DNA of 62,823 nucleotides, taken from the NCBI GenBank assembly GCA_030834065.1, contig JAURFX010000001.1:1-62823 (forward strand). Reading direction: 5' to 3'. This document shows, piece after piece, positions 9,823 to 18,900 of this stretch (position 1 is its first letter; each line of letters opens with the position of its first letter). The notes under the pieces were generated by a model that was not told where the DNA came from, did no database searches, and was given only the letters and a program-made list of their open reading frames with translations. Position numbers and translations under genes: made by a program. Source of the DNA: Gammaproteobacteria bacterium. Lineage in GTDB: Bacteria; Pseudomonadota; Gammaproteobacteria; Steroidobacterales; Rariloculaceae.

Positions 9823-11013
9823 TTGTTTGAGAATCTAAAGCAAATTGAGAAGGACGCGATTATCGGGATTATGGCTTTATTCCGTGAAGATCATTCTGAG
9901 AATAAGGTTGATTTAAGTGTTGGAGTATATCAGGACGATACGGGAGTCACCCCGATTATGGCTTCCATAAAACAGGCTGAGACCGAATTATTAGTGCAGG
10001 AAAAAACCAAATCTTACGTCGGCATTGCGGGGCTGCCAAAGTTCAATGATGCTATATCCGAACTAGTCTTTGGTAGTTTTTACCATAAGGATAGAAATCG
10101 AATCGCAACCATTCAAACTCCAGGTGGCAGTGGTGGATTATGCGTTGCTGGTCATCTTATTAACAGAGGCAAGCATGGAGCCACCGTCTGGGCATCTACA
10201 CCCACGTGGCCAAATCATATCCCTCTTTTAAGTACATCAGGACTAACCATTAAGTCTTATGAGTATTATGATCGTGAAAATAATCAAATAAACTTTTCAA
10301 GAATGATGAGCTCACTTGAATCTTCGGCATCTGGGGATGTCTTGCTATTGCATGGGTGCTGTCATAATCCATGTGGCGCAGATTTAAATATGGAACAGTG
10401 GCAATCCATACTTGAGCTGATCAATAAAAAAGGCTTATTACCTCTTGTCGATCTTGCCTACCTTGGCTTAGGCGATGGAGTGGATGAGGATGCCTCTGGA
10501 TTAAGATTGCTTGCAAACAATTGCAAAGAATTGATTGTCGTTACCTCCTGCTCAAAAAATTTTGGCCTCTATAAGGAAAGAGTAGGCGCAGTGAGTGCAA
10601 TTTCTGCAAATGCAGAAGAATCTGCGAGAACCCTTTCTAATCTAGCAAATATTGCTCGCTCTATTTACTCTATGCCCCCTGACCATGGAGCTGCCCTAGC
10701 CGCTCAAGTATTAACAGATAATCAGCTAAGGGAAAAATGGCTTGAGGAGCTCGCTCAATTAAGAAATAGAATAAAGCAAGTAAGAACAGAATTGTCTAAT
10801 GGTCTCAATGCTCGACAAAATAAGATTGACTTCTCGTTTATTAAGAAAGAAAAAGGAATGTTTTCTTTTCTGGGTATAAGCAGAGACCATGTGATCGAGC
10901 TGCGTGAGCGTTTTCATATCTATATGGTTGAATCAAGCAGGATTAACATTGCGGGTATAAATCAAAAAAATATTTCATATATAGTTGAATCTATTTGTCA
11001 TGTAATTGACTAA
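9823..11013 (+). CDS. aspC: Aspartate/aromatic-amino-acid aminotransferase (class I)
   Basis: The N-terminus MFENL matches the AspC/TyrB start. The PLP-lysine motif is SCSKNFGLYKERVG. 396 aa. A TTG start aligns with the canonical Met. Confidence 0.85.
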   Translation: MFENLKQIEKDAIIGIMALFREDHSENKVDLSVGVYQDDTGVTPIMASIKQAETELLVQEKTKSYVGIAGLPKFNDAISELVFGSFYHKDRNRIATIQTPGGSGGLCVAGHLINRGKHGATVWASTPTWPNHIPLLSTSGLTIKSYEYYDRENNQINFSRMMSSLESSASGDVLLLHGCCHNPCGADLNMEQWQSILELINKKGLLPLVDLAYLGLGDGVDEDASGLRLLANNCKELIVVTSCSKNFGLYKERVGAVSAISANAEESARTLSNLANIARSIYSMPPDHGAALAAQVLTDNQLREKWLEELAQLRNRIKQVRTELSNGLNARQNKIDFSFIKKEKGMFSFLGISRDHVIELRERFHIYMVESSRINIAGINQKNISYIVESICHVID

Positions 11014-12195
11014 ATGATGAGCGTAGCTCAGTCACATAAGAATCTTTTTTTCCCGATATATACTCCCTCACTGTTCATGGGATTAAGCAATCAGGGAATG
11101 TCTATTCTCTACCCACTTTACGCTTTATATTTAACAAGTGATCCTGCATTTGCAGCATTGGTGGCTGGACTAAGGGCATTTGGGGTCATGCTTTTTGAGA
11201 TCCCTGCAGGGTATCTAGCCAGTAAATTGGGCAATAAAAAAATGCTGCTCTCTGCTTTGATTTTAAGTGCAGGCACGATGTTTGGGCTTGCATTAATCGA
11301 CACTCTATTATTTATTGCATTACTAGCCATTCCTCAAGGAGCGGCATCGGCTATCTGGTTTTTAAGTAGGCAGTCCTACATCAGTGATGTCGCAAAAAGA
11401 AGTCATTGGGGAAGAACAATCGCCCTTATGGCGGGCATTAATCGTGCTGGAGCATTATTCGGCCCTTTTTTGGGAGGCTTGGGAGCAACTTTTTTTGGCT
11501 ACCAGATAACTTTTTTGATTGGAGGACTATTAATCCTTATAGGCTTTATTTTTTTAGCAATTTTTGCTGAGAATATTTATCCAAAAGATTCATTGGTTGT
11601 TGATAAAAAATTATCACTCAAAAATGTGATAGCCGATAATCAAAAAACTTTTTCTTATGCAAGCTTTATTGCCCTCTCCATACAGTTGCTAAGGGCTGCT
11701 AGACAATTATTAGTACCCATATTTGGTAATGCTATAGGGCTAAGTGCAGGAACGATTGGAGCAGTATATGCTTTAGCATCATTGATAGATATGTCATTGT
11801 TTTATCCGGTTGGAATTATCGTTGATAAGTATGGTCGAAAATGGTCTGCGGCACCATCGATCCTAGTTTTTATAATTGGTATTATGCTATTACCATTTGC
11901 AGAAAATCTTATGTTATTTATATTAGTGACTTGTTTGCTCGGCCTTGCAAATGGCTTGGGAACAGGCATAGTCATGCTAATAGGTATGGATCTAGCACCG
12001 CCTAACAATAAAAACTCCTTCTTAGCGCTTTGGCGATTGATTGGTGATTTTGGAGGATTTGCTGGGCCAGTAATTGCCAGTTTTTTTGCAAACAGTATGG
12101 GCCTATTATTTGTCAGCACCACAGTAGCATCGGTTGGATTCATAGCGCTTATCTTTACAATTTTTTTATTGCCAGAGACATTGCATGCAGATTAA
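11014..12195 (+). CDS. MFS transporter, substrate unknown
   Basis: 393 aa and strongly hydrophobic, with about 12 helices. MFS motif-A-like loops occur in both halves (GYLASKLGNKKM; GIIVDKYGRKW). It starts at the nt directly after the aspC stop. Confidence 0.7.
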   Translation: MMSVAQSHKNLFFPIYTPSLFMGLSNQGMSILYPLYALYLTSDPAFAALVAGLRAFGVMLFEIPAGYLASKLGNKKMLLSALILSAGTMFGLALIDTLLFIALLAIPQGAASAIWFLSRQSYISDVAKRSHWGRTIALMAGINRAGALFGPFLGGLGATFFGYQITFLIGGLLILIGFIFLAIFAENIYPKDSLVVDKKLSLKNVIADNQKTFSYASFIALSIQLLRAARQLLVPIFGNAIGLSAGTIGAVYALASLIDMSLFYPVGIIVDKYGRKWSAAPSILVFIIGIMLLPFAENLMLFILVTCLLGLANGLGTGIVMLIGMDLAPPNNKNSFLALWRLIGDFGGFAGPVIASFFANSMGLLFVSTTVASVGFIALIFTIFLLPETLHAD

Positions 12196-13012
12196 ACCTA
12201 CAATCATTACAGTTGCCATTACAGGATCAGTTCCGATGAAATCAGACAATCCTGCCGTGCCCATCACAGTCAATGAGCAGATTGAATCTACTCATGAGTC
12301 ATATGAGTCTGGAGCCTCTATTGTTCATATTCATGTTCGCGATGCGAATGGAAAGCCTTCTTCTAACGTTGAGACTTTTGCCGAGGTAATTGACGGCATA
12401 AAAAAATTCTGCCCTGGAATGGTTATACAAACCAGTACTGGAGGAAGAGGCAGGGACCATAAAGAGAGAGGTTCGTCTTTATGCTTAAAACCAGATATGG
12501 CATCTTTGGCGACAGGCTCAGTAAATTTTCCAAATATAATTTACGAGAATTCACCTGATCTTATCAGTGAGCTGGCTTCAATAATGAAAGCGCAAAGGAT
12601 CAAGCCTGAAATAGAAGTCTTTGATCTTTCGATGATTTATAGGGCAGCTGAGTTAGTGGAAGCAGGCCTGATTGATGCTCCTATTCATGCTCAATTTATA
12701 TTTGGGATAAAGAATGGTTTACCGCCAAAAGAAGAGATATTAAATTTTTTTATAACTGAATTATTAAGCTGTATACCTGAATCAACCTGGACCGCCTCGG
12801 GCATTGGTAGATACCAAGAACTTATGATTGATTATTCAATCAGAAAAGGCGGTCACGCTCGAACTGGTTTGGAGGATAATATAAGAATCAATAAAGAGAC
12901 GTTAGCCCCAAGTAATGCAGCACTGGTTAGAATTGCATCGCAAATTTCAGAAAAATATGGAAGACCTATTGCCTCGGTCAAGGATACAAGGACTATCCTT
13001 AATCTGAATTAA
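12185..13012 (+). CDS. Beta-keto acid cleavage enzyme (BKACE / DUF849, 3-keto-5-aminohexanoate cleavage enzyme family)
   Basis: It has an ITVAITG N-terminus and Zn-ligand motifs IVHIHVRD and ARTGLEDN. 275 aa. It overlaps the MFS gene by 11 nt. Confidence 0.75.
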   Translation: MQIKPTIITVAITGSVPMKSDNPAVPITVNEQIESTHESYESGASIVHIHVRDANGKPSSNVETFAEVIDGIKKFCPGMVIQTSTGGRGRDHKERGSSLCLKPDMASLATGSVNFPNIIYENSPDLISELASIMKAQRIKPEIEVFDLSMIYRAAELVEAGLIDAPIHAQFIFGIKNGLPPKEEILNFFITELLSCIPESTWTASGIGRYQELMIDYSIRKGGHARTGLEDNIRINKETLAPSNAALVRIASQISEKYGRPIASVKDTRTILNLN

Positions 13013-13583
13013 CTTGTCTCCCGATAATGTTTAAAAATTCAATTCGGGTGCTCTGATCAGTTCTAAAATCTCCAAGAAGCTGGCTTGTAATCATTGAGAC
13101 CCCTGACTTTCTTATACCACGCGTTGTCATGCATTGATGGGTTCCCTCAACAATTACACCTACGCCCTTTGGTTTGAGGGTATTTTGAATACAATTTGCA
13201 ATTTGTGCTGTCATTCTCTCTTGAACTTGTAACCTTTTTGCATATGATTCAACGACTCTGGCAAGTTTGCTGATACCGATAACCTTTTTATTAGGAAGAT
13301 AGCCAACGTGAACCCTTCCAATGATAGGCGCCATATGATGCTCACAATGAGACTCATACCTAATATCCTTAAGCACAACCATCTCGTCGTATCCTTCAAC
13401 CTCAGAGAATGTTTTGTTGAGAAAATCTTCTGGATCATCCTGATACCCTTTAAACCAGTCCTCATAAGCAGCGGCAACCCTTTTAGGCGTTTTGCGTAAA
13501 CCCTCTCTTGAGGGATCCTCGCCAATCCAACCAAGGAGAGTTTCAATTGCTTTTTCTGCCTCTTCTCTAGTAACTTTGCTCAC
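12999..13583 (-). CDS. folE: GTP cyclohydrolase I
   Basis: Motifs [10 protein letters not shown] and [11 protein letters not shown]. 194 aa. Confidence 0.9.
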   Translation of the reverse strand: MSKVTREEAEKAIETLLGWIGEDPSREGLRKTPKRVAAAYEDWFKGYQDDPEDFLNKTFSEVEGYDEMVVLKDIRYESHCEHHMAPIIGRVHVGYLPNKKVIGISKLARVVESYAKRLQVQERMTAQIANCIQNTLKPKGVGVIVEGTHQCMTTRGIRKSGVSMITSQLLGDFRTDQSTRIEFLNIIGRQVNSD

Positions 13584-13655
13584 ATCTATCCTTCAAATTA
13601 TGTAATTAACGTATAATTGTAACAAAACTAACTTGATTCACTAAAGTATCTTATT

Positions 13656-14690
13656 GTGTTAAATCTCAAGCAATATCGACTATCAAAAAAATGGCATGAG
13701 GAGAGAAAGCCATTCGCATTAGGTATTGTTTTTTCTACTGAGGGCTCAACCTACAGCAAGCATGGTACAGCCATTATCATTTCAAAAGAAGGAGAATTTT
13801 GTGGATTGGTCAGTGGAGGGTGCCTTGAGGATGATATCATCATCCATGCGAGGCAAGCGCTCCAAACAAATACACCAAACGTTGTGAATTATGACTTGCG
13901 AAGCGAGGAAAGCGAAATTTGGGGTCTGGGTGCTGGATGCCGAGGACTGATCAATCTTTTAATTTTACCGGTTACTGGATATTACCTAGATTTTTTTCAA
14001 CGAATCTTTGCTTTGATTGAGGCAGGTCAAGCAGGAAGTGCGATAGTTCTTTTTGAGCGTAAAAAAGCAAAATATTTGTCACAGGGTATAATCTTGAAAT
14101 CCGAAGTGAGTAAGATTGAATCCTTTGGGATGGAAGATAAAATTTTGCGCTCAATCGATGTTGATGGGTATATCAAGTCAAAAGTCATGAGAAAAAAAGA
14201 CACGTCTCTTGGTATTAGCTTTGACATAACTAAAATACCAAATATTTTGATATTGGGAGCAGGGATTGATGCGGTTCCTGTTTCTAATTTGATCACAGAG
14301 ATTGGATGGAAATTAACCGTAGCAGATCACAGAAGTTCCTATTTTGAGAGAAAAGATTTTTCAGGAATCTCAAAGCATTTTATAAAAGATAAGGAAAATC
14401 TAAATACTGAATTAAACTTAAGTGAATTTGATGTTGTTCTCGTTATGACACATAACCTTGAGGCCGATCGAATTTATCTTTCTCAGTTGGTAGAATTTAA
14501 TTTTGCTTATCTCGGATTACTCGGGCCAGAGTCGAGAAAAAAAATGATTCTTGAAAAATTAGAGGATACAGGAAGACTTCTGGAAAAAAAATTAATTGGG
14601 CCGGTCGGTTTAGATATAGGCGCAGATGGCCCAGAATCTATTGCGCTGGCAGTTGTGGCTGAGATGCATGCAAAATTAAAAAGTCATTAA
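13656..14690 (+). CDS. XdhC/CoxI-family molybdoenzyme maturation chaperone (PaoD-like)
   Basis: It has an N-terminal XdhC domain (GLVSGGCLEDD) and a C-terminal Rossmann-like XdhC_C domain (ILILGAGIDAVPV). The start is GTG. Confidence 0.75.
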   Translation: MLNLKQYRLSKKWHEERKPFALGIVFSTEGSTYSKHGTAIIISKEGEFCGLVSGGCLEDDIIIHARQALQTNTPNVVNYDLRSEESEIWGLGAGCRGLINLLILPVTGYYLDFFQRIFALIEAGQAGSAIVLFERKKAKYLSQGIILKSEVSKIESFGMEDKILRSIDVDGYIKSKVMRKKDTSLGISFDITKIPNILILGAGIDAVPVSNLITEIGWKLTVADHRSSYFERKDFSGISKHFIKDKENLNTELNLSEFDVVLVMTHNLEADRIYLSQLVEFNFAYLGLLGPESRKKMILEKLEDTGRLLEKKLIGPVGLDIGADGPESIALAVVAEMHAKLKSH

Positions 14691-15287
14691 CTAATGTTTG
14701 CCTTTATCCCAATTTTGAATTAAGAGTGTAGCTGACTGTAATGCTTGTTCCTCGATTGGCGTAGCCATGATGTCATTCCATCGATTTAAAAAACCAAATA
14801 AAGCAATGACACTGGTTAATTCAATAATTTCAATTTCATTCCAATATTTTTTAAGCTCATCAGTGGTTTCTTTTGTTAGGTTCACAGGACTTGTTGAAGA
14901 TTCTTGAGCAAATTTAAGCGCAGACTTTTCCTTACGTGTAAAGCTATCTGAGGACTCAAAACAAGCAACATTTTTTAAGCGTTCTTCATTTGCTCCGTAC
15001 CTTTCAGCAGCTCTGATTGTATGAGCTTGACAGTAGGCACAACCTGAAGCAGAGCTAGAGATAAATGCAATTAATCTTTTGAATTCTGAGGATATCTGAG
15101 CCTCATTCTGCATAACAGCCATATTTAGATTAATAAATGCTTCTGCAAGCTTTGGTTTTATTTGCATCGTTAGGATTGAATTAGGACAGAATCCAAGGGT
15201 CTCATTAAAAAACTTAGCTAGTTCATTAATTGTTTTATCTTTAGGTATAGGCTTTGGATTTATTAGTGCCATGGCTACCAATACCAA
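14691..15287 (-). CDS. Carboxymuconolactone decarboxylase (AhpD-like) family peroxidase-related protein
   Basis: It carries a CAYCQAH (C-x-x-C-x-x-H) motif in an all-helical context. It overlaps the 3' end of moeA by 13 nt on the same strand. Confidence 0.7.
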   Translation of the reverse strand: MVLVAMALINPKPIPKDKTINELAKFFNETLGFCPNSILTMQIKPKLAEAFINLNMAVMQNEAQISSEFKRLIAFISSSASGCAYCQAHTIRAAERYGANEERLKNVACFESSDSFTRKEKSALKFAQESSTSPVNLTKETTDELKKYWNEIEIIELTSVIALFGFLNRWNDIMATPIEEQALQSATLLIQNWDKGKH

Positions 15288-16465
15288 AAGTTAAATTGTT
15301 TTTTAAGAAGATCATCATCTGGATTGATTTCAATAAATCCATCAGTGTCAATTATACTGATATAGTCTCCTGAGGTATTAGTTGATCGGGGCGCTGCTAA
15401 CTTTAAATTTGAATCAGGAATAATTTTTACTGGTAAAAAATAAGTTAGGTTGTTTGGTACCAAGGTCGATTGGCTTAAATTTACTTTAAATGATCGTAAT
15501 GTTCGATCTTGGCTGTATATCCTTGCAATCATTTTTAGAACATAACGATAGGTACATATGAGGGATGACATAGGATTTCCAGGTAGTCCAAAAATAAATT
15601 TACCAGTACTATTTTTTGCAAGTAATAGCGGAAGTCCCGGCTTTTGTTTTATTTTATGAAATAGTACTTCACAATTCTCATTTATCAGTTGTTGTACTAA
15701 ATCGGCTTTTCCCATTGAGACACCACCAGTAAAAATATAGATATCAAAATTTGATGATTGAATATCTAAGTTTTGCAATTGTTCTCTGTCATCTTTTAAA
15801 TAGATTGTTTCAATATTGGCCTTAAAATACTTTCTGATGGCATCGCTGATGGCAAATTCACTAGTTGACCTAATAGTTTCCGAGCTCAGATTCTCTGTAT
15901 TCTTTATTATCTCATCACCAGTTACTATTAGCTTAATACGTAACGGGCTGAAGACTTTTATTTCTTTTTTACCTGAAGATGCGAGGGCCATCATATGATT
16001 GACATCCAGGCATTGACCCTTGGACAGAAGGACCCTATCTTTTCTAGTATCGCTTCCTCGTAGGTGAATAAATTTTCCTACTTCTGGATTAGAATCTGTG
16101 CTTAAGTAAGCTTTATTTTCTCTAATCGTCATTCTTTCTACAGGAATGATGCAATTAATATAGTCGCCGGCGTTGGATCCAGTCATGATTTCTACGCACT
16201 CATCTTCCCCAAGCGATATAACAGGCGAATCACCTGCAAATTGTCTGTACTTAATATTGAATTTTGTTCTAGAGCTATTGATGTCAGAGAAATGGATACC
16301 AAATCCATCCATCATTACCCTATTAAATGGAGGTAAATCACGCTCAGGAAAGATATCTTCTGCCAATATAAACCCTAAGCACTCCTCTAAGGGAAGGCTT
16401 ATGATGTTTGGTGTAAAAATTTCACTTCCGGATATAATTGCATCGGCTTCAGAAACAGTAATCAT
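15275..16465 (-). CDS. moeA: Molybdopterin molybdenumtransferase
   Basis: It has the PPFNRVMMDGFG loop, the MoCF-biosynthesis domain motif FTGGVSMGKADL and a GLPGNP motif. 396 aa. Confidence 0.85.
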   Translation of the reverse strand: MITVSEADAIISGSEIFTPNIISLPLEECLGFILAEDIFPERDLPPFNRVMMDGFGIHFSDINSSRTKFNIKYRQFAGDSPVISLGEDECVEIMTGSNAGDYINCIIPVERMTIRENKAYLSTDSNPEVGKFIHLRGSDTRKDRVLLSKGQCLDVNHMMALASSGKKEIKVFSPLRIKLIVTGDEIIKNTENLSSETIRSTSEFAISDAIRKYFKANIETIYLKDDREQLQNLDIQSSNFDIYIFTGGVSMGKADLVQQLINENCEVLFHKIKQKPGLPLLLAKNSTGKFIFGLPGNPMSSLICTYRYVLKMIARIYSQDRTLRSFKVNLSQSTLVPNNLTYFLPVKIIPDSNLKLAAPRSTNTSGDYISIIDTDGFIEINPDDDLLKKQFNFWYW

Positions 16466-16516
16466 AACTTAAATAGCTTTATTCAAATCTACCTTTAATT
16501 TAACATAAGTTTAATC

Positions 16517-17035
16517 ATGTCAGATTTAAGAATACTTAAGAAAATTAATACTAAGTGGTTATTATTCTTTTTATTTTTTTTGTCAAAGGGACTATATTCA
16601 CAATCCGATAACAATTCATATATTATTGGAGCTGGTAATGCCTTTTTATCTGCCGGTTCATTTGCAATTAGCATTGGTCAATATGATGAGGGGATCCGGC
16701 TCACTGAGCTGGGACTGATCGAAGGATCTATGAATATGACAGACAGAGATCGGGCGGCCGCTCTATCGAATTTATGTGCTGCATATGCCGCAAAGGGTGA
16801 CTCGCGAGGAGCGATCGAAAAATGCGATGAATCTCTCGAATTGGTTGACAACAACTGGAGAGCGTATCTAAACAGGGCGTATGCTTATTTTACGCTTAAT
16901 CAATTATCAGATTCCCGTTTAGATTTAGATGCAGCCTCTTCTTTAAATCCAAATGCACGACAAGTATTGCAGCTAAGAGGTATGATTAATGAGCAGGCTT
17001 ACAGACCAAGAGTGATCATGGAGGATCATCAGTAA
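16517..17035 (+). CDS. Secreted TPR-repeat protein
   Basis: It has an N-terminal hydrophobic signal (WLLFFLFFLSKGLYSQ). TPR-like helical repeats follow (AAALSNLCAAYAAKGD...AIEKCDESL...RAYLNRAYAYFTLNQ). Confidence 0.5.
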   Translation: MSDLRILKKINTKWLLFFLFFLSKGLYSQSDNNSYIIGAGNAFLSAGSFAISIGQYDEGIRLTELGLIEGSMNMTDRDRAAALSNLCAAYAAKGDSRGAIEKCDESLELVDNNWRAYLNRAYAYFTLNQLSDSRLDLDAASSLNPNARQVLQLRGMINEQAYRPRVIMEDHQ

Positions 17036-17038
17036 ACT

Positions 17039-17749
17039 TTGCAGTTGCTTAAATTATTATCTCTAATCTTCCTAATTTACATACTTATATGTAACAAAGT
17101 ATTTGCACAAAACAATGATCGTATCTTAAGCCCAATTGGTCAGTGGAATTGTGTCATTTATGGAAATCCGCTGCTTGGAGATGAGAGGGCTTATTTATCT
17201 TTCAGAGATGATGGAATTTTATCAATGACTCGAGAGGCTCGAGATAATGAGAGATCTAACTCCATACAGCTTGAATATACAATTGAAGGCAACCGACTCT
17301 CTTTTTCGGATATTCAGACTGGAAGAAATTTTAATGCTCAGATGGGTGGCTTTACCTTAAGCGGTGAATGGAGGTCAAGGATACAGCTGGGAGGCTGGTG
17401 GTGTTCTCCCGATGAATTTGAAGAGGGAATATTTTCTAATTCGTTAGAAAATCAATTTGTTGGTAGATTGGATCCAGAAATAATGGCAAGCCCATCCTAT
17501 CCCTTGCAAGCAATACGAGAGGTCTTGCAAGGTAGAGTGGTCATTTGTTTTGAGGTTACAACTATGGGCGAGGTTGTTAACCCTACTTTTATTGAGGTAT
17601 CCGATGAGGTATTTAGAGCCCCAAGTCTTGATGCATTAATGCGATCTCGATACAAGCCGTGGCTTCAAAACAACCAAAATGAATTAGTCAGGCCCGCTTG
17701 CAGAAGCTTTATCTATAGACTGGATTATGTTTATAGCGCACTTGACTAG
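17039..17749 (+). CDS. Secreted protein with C-terminal TonB-C-like domain
   Basis: It has a signal peptide (LIFLIYILICNKVFAQ). The C-terminus PSYPLQAIREVLQGRVVICFEVTTMGEVVNPTFIEVS...ALMRSRYKP follows the TonB_C pattern. There is no Pro-rich spacer and no N-terminal energy-transducing TM motif. The start is TTG, 3 nt after the TPR gene. Confidence 0.5.
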   Translation: MQLLKLLSLIFLIYILICNKVFAQNNDRILSPIGQWNCVIYGNPLLGDERAYLSFRDDGILSMTREARDNERSNSIQLEYTIEGNRLSFSDIQTGRNFNAQMGGFTLSGEWRSRIQLGGWWCSPDEFEEGIFSNSLENQFVGRLDPEIMASPSYPLQAIREVLQGRVVICFEVTTMGEVVNPTFIEVSDEVFRAPSLDALMRSRYKPWLQNNQNELVRPACRSFIYRLDYVYSALD

Positions 17750-18819
17750 TAGAGCGAATGCGCATCCCCAGAAATTTTCATCCATGCGTCTAATCCATTA
17801 GCGAAGGCCATATACGAACTGTATATCTTTTCCACCAAAGGATCCTGATTAGACATTTCATTCATAATAATTGAACTTTGTGCTTTCAGAGTTTGTAAAA
17901 CATCTTCTGGAAATGCCTTAAGCTCAACTCCGTGGTCATTAATCAGGGCATTGAGCGCTTGAAAGTTTCTCGCATTAAACTCGGCTAAAACATAGTCGGT
18001 TTCAGCAATGCATGCAGTTTGAACTATAAATTTTAAATCCTCAGGAAGCCGTTCATATGCCTGCCTAGAGATAATGCACTCAAGGGCACCGGAAGGTTCT
18101 TGCCATCCTGGGTAATAGTAATATCTCGCAGCTTGATAAAGACCAAACGCGAGGTCATTATAAGGCCCAACCCACTCAGCGGCATCGATGGTACCAGTTT
18201 GAAGAGCGGTAAAGATTTCACCAGCTGGAAGCGTTACGGGAAGCACTCCAGCTCTATTCATGACATCTCCCCCAAGTCCTGGAATTCTCATTTTTAGTCC
18301 ATCAAGATCCTCTAAGGAATTGATTTCGCGATTGAACCAGCCTCCCATCTGAGGGCCTGTATTTCCAGCAAGGAAAGGAATGACGTTGATGGGTTCATAT
18401 GCTTCGCGCCATAGATCCATTCCTCCACCATGATAGATCCATGCATTAAATTCATCGGCCTGCATACCAAAAGGAATACTTCCAAATATTTGTGCCGCAG
18501 GTATCTTACCTCTCCAGTAAATGGGCCCGGTATGACCCATTTCAATGGCACCACTTGATACAGCATCAAGCACCTCAAGCGCAGGAACTAGTTCGCCGGC
18601 AGCGAAAACCTCCACTTGAAGCCTTCCCCCAGAGAGCTCGGAGAATCTTCTGGCTAGCCTGGCTGCAGAAACACCGTGACCTGGAAAGTTTGGAGGCCAT
18701 GAGGTGACCATACGCCACCTAAAGCTGGCAGAAGTATTCGCTAAATTAGTTGGATTCGTCTCTGAAGCACATGCAGCTACAGCAAGTGGGGCAAGCCCGA
18801 GAAATTTTCTTCTTTCCAT
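17746..18819 (-). CDS. TRAP transporter substrate-binding protein (DctP/TakP-type), no cognate membrane subunits nearby
   Basis: The N-terminus is twin-arginine-like, MERRKFLGLAPLAVAACA. The mature part (RWRMVTSWPPNFPG..., GPIYWRGK) resembles COG4663/TakP-type binding proteins. Confidence 0.8.
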   Translation of the reverse strand: MERRKFLGLAPLAVAACASETNPTNLANTSASFRWRMVTSWPPNFPGHGVSAARLARRFSELSGGRLQVEVFAAGELVPALEVLDAVSSGAIEMGHTGPIYWRGKIPAAQIFGSIPFGMQADEFNAWIYHGGGMDLWREAYEPINVIPFLAGNTGPQMGGWFNREINSLEDLDGLKMRIPGLGGDVMNRAGVLPVTLPAGEIFTALQTGTIDAAEWVGPYNDLAFGLYQAARYYYYPGWQEPSGALECIISRQAYERLPEDLKFIVQTACIAETDYVLAEFNARNFQALNALINDHGVELKAFPEDVLQTLKAQSSIIMNEMSNQDPLVEKIYSSYMAFANGLDAWMKISGDAHSLY

Positions 18820-18900
18820 AAGAACTTAATTTTTTGAGATAATTACCTAATCAATTATTTATCATTGTGCCAGACATGATAAATCAAGGAAAATATTTAT

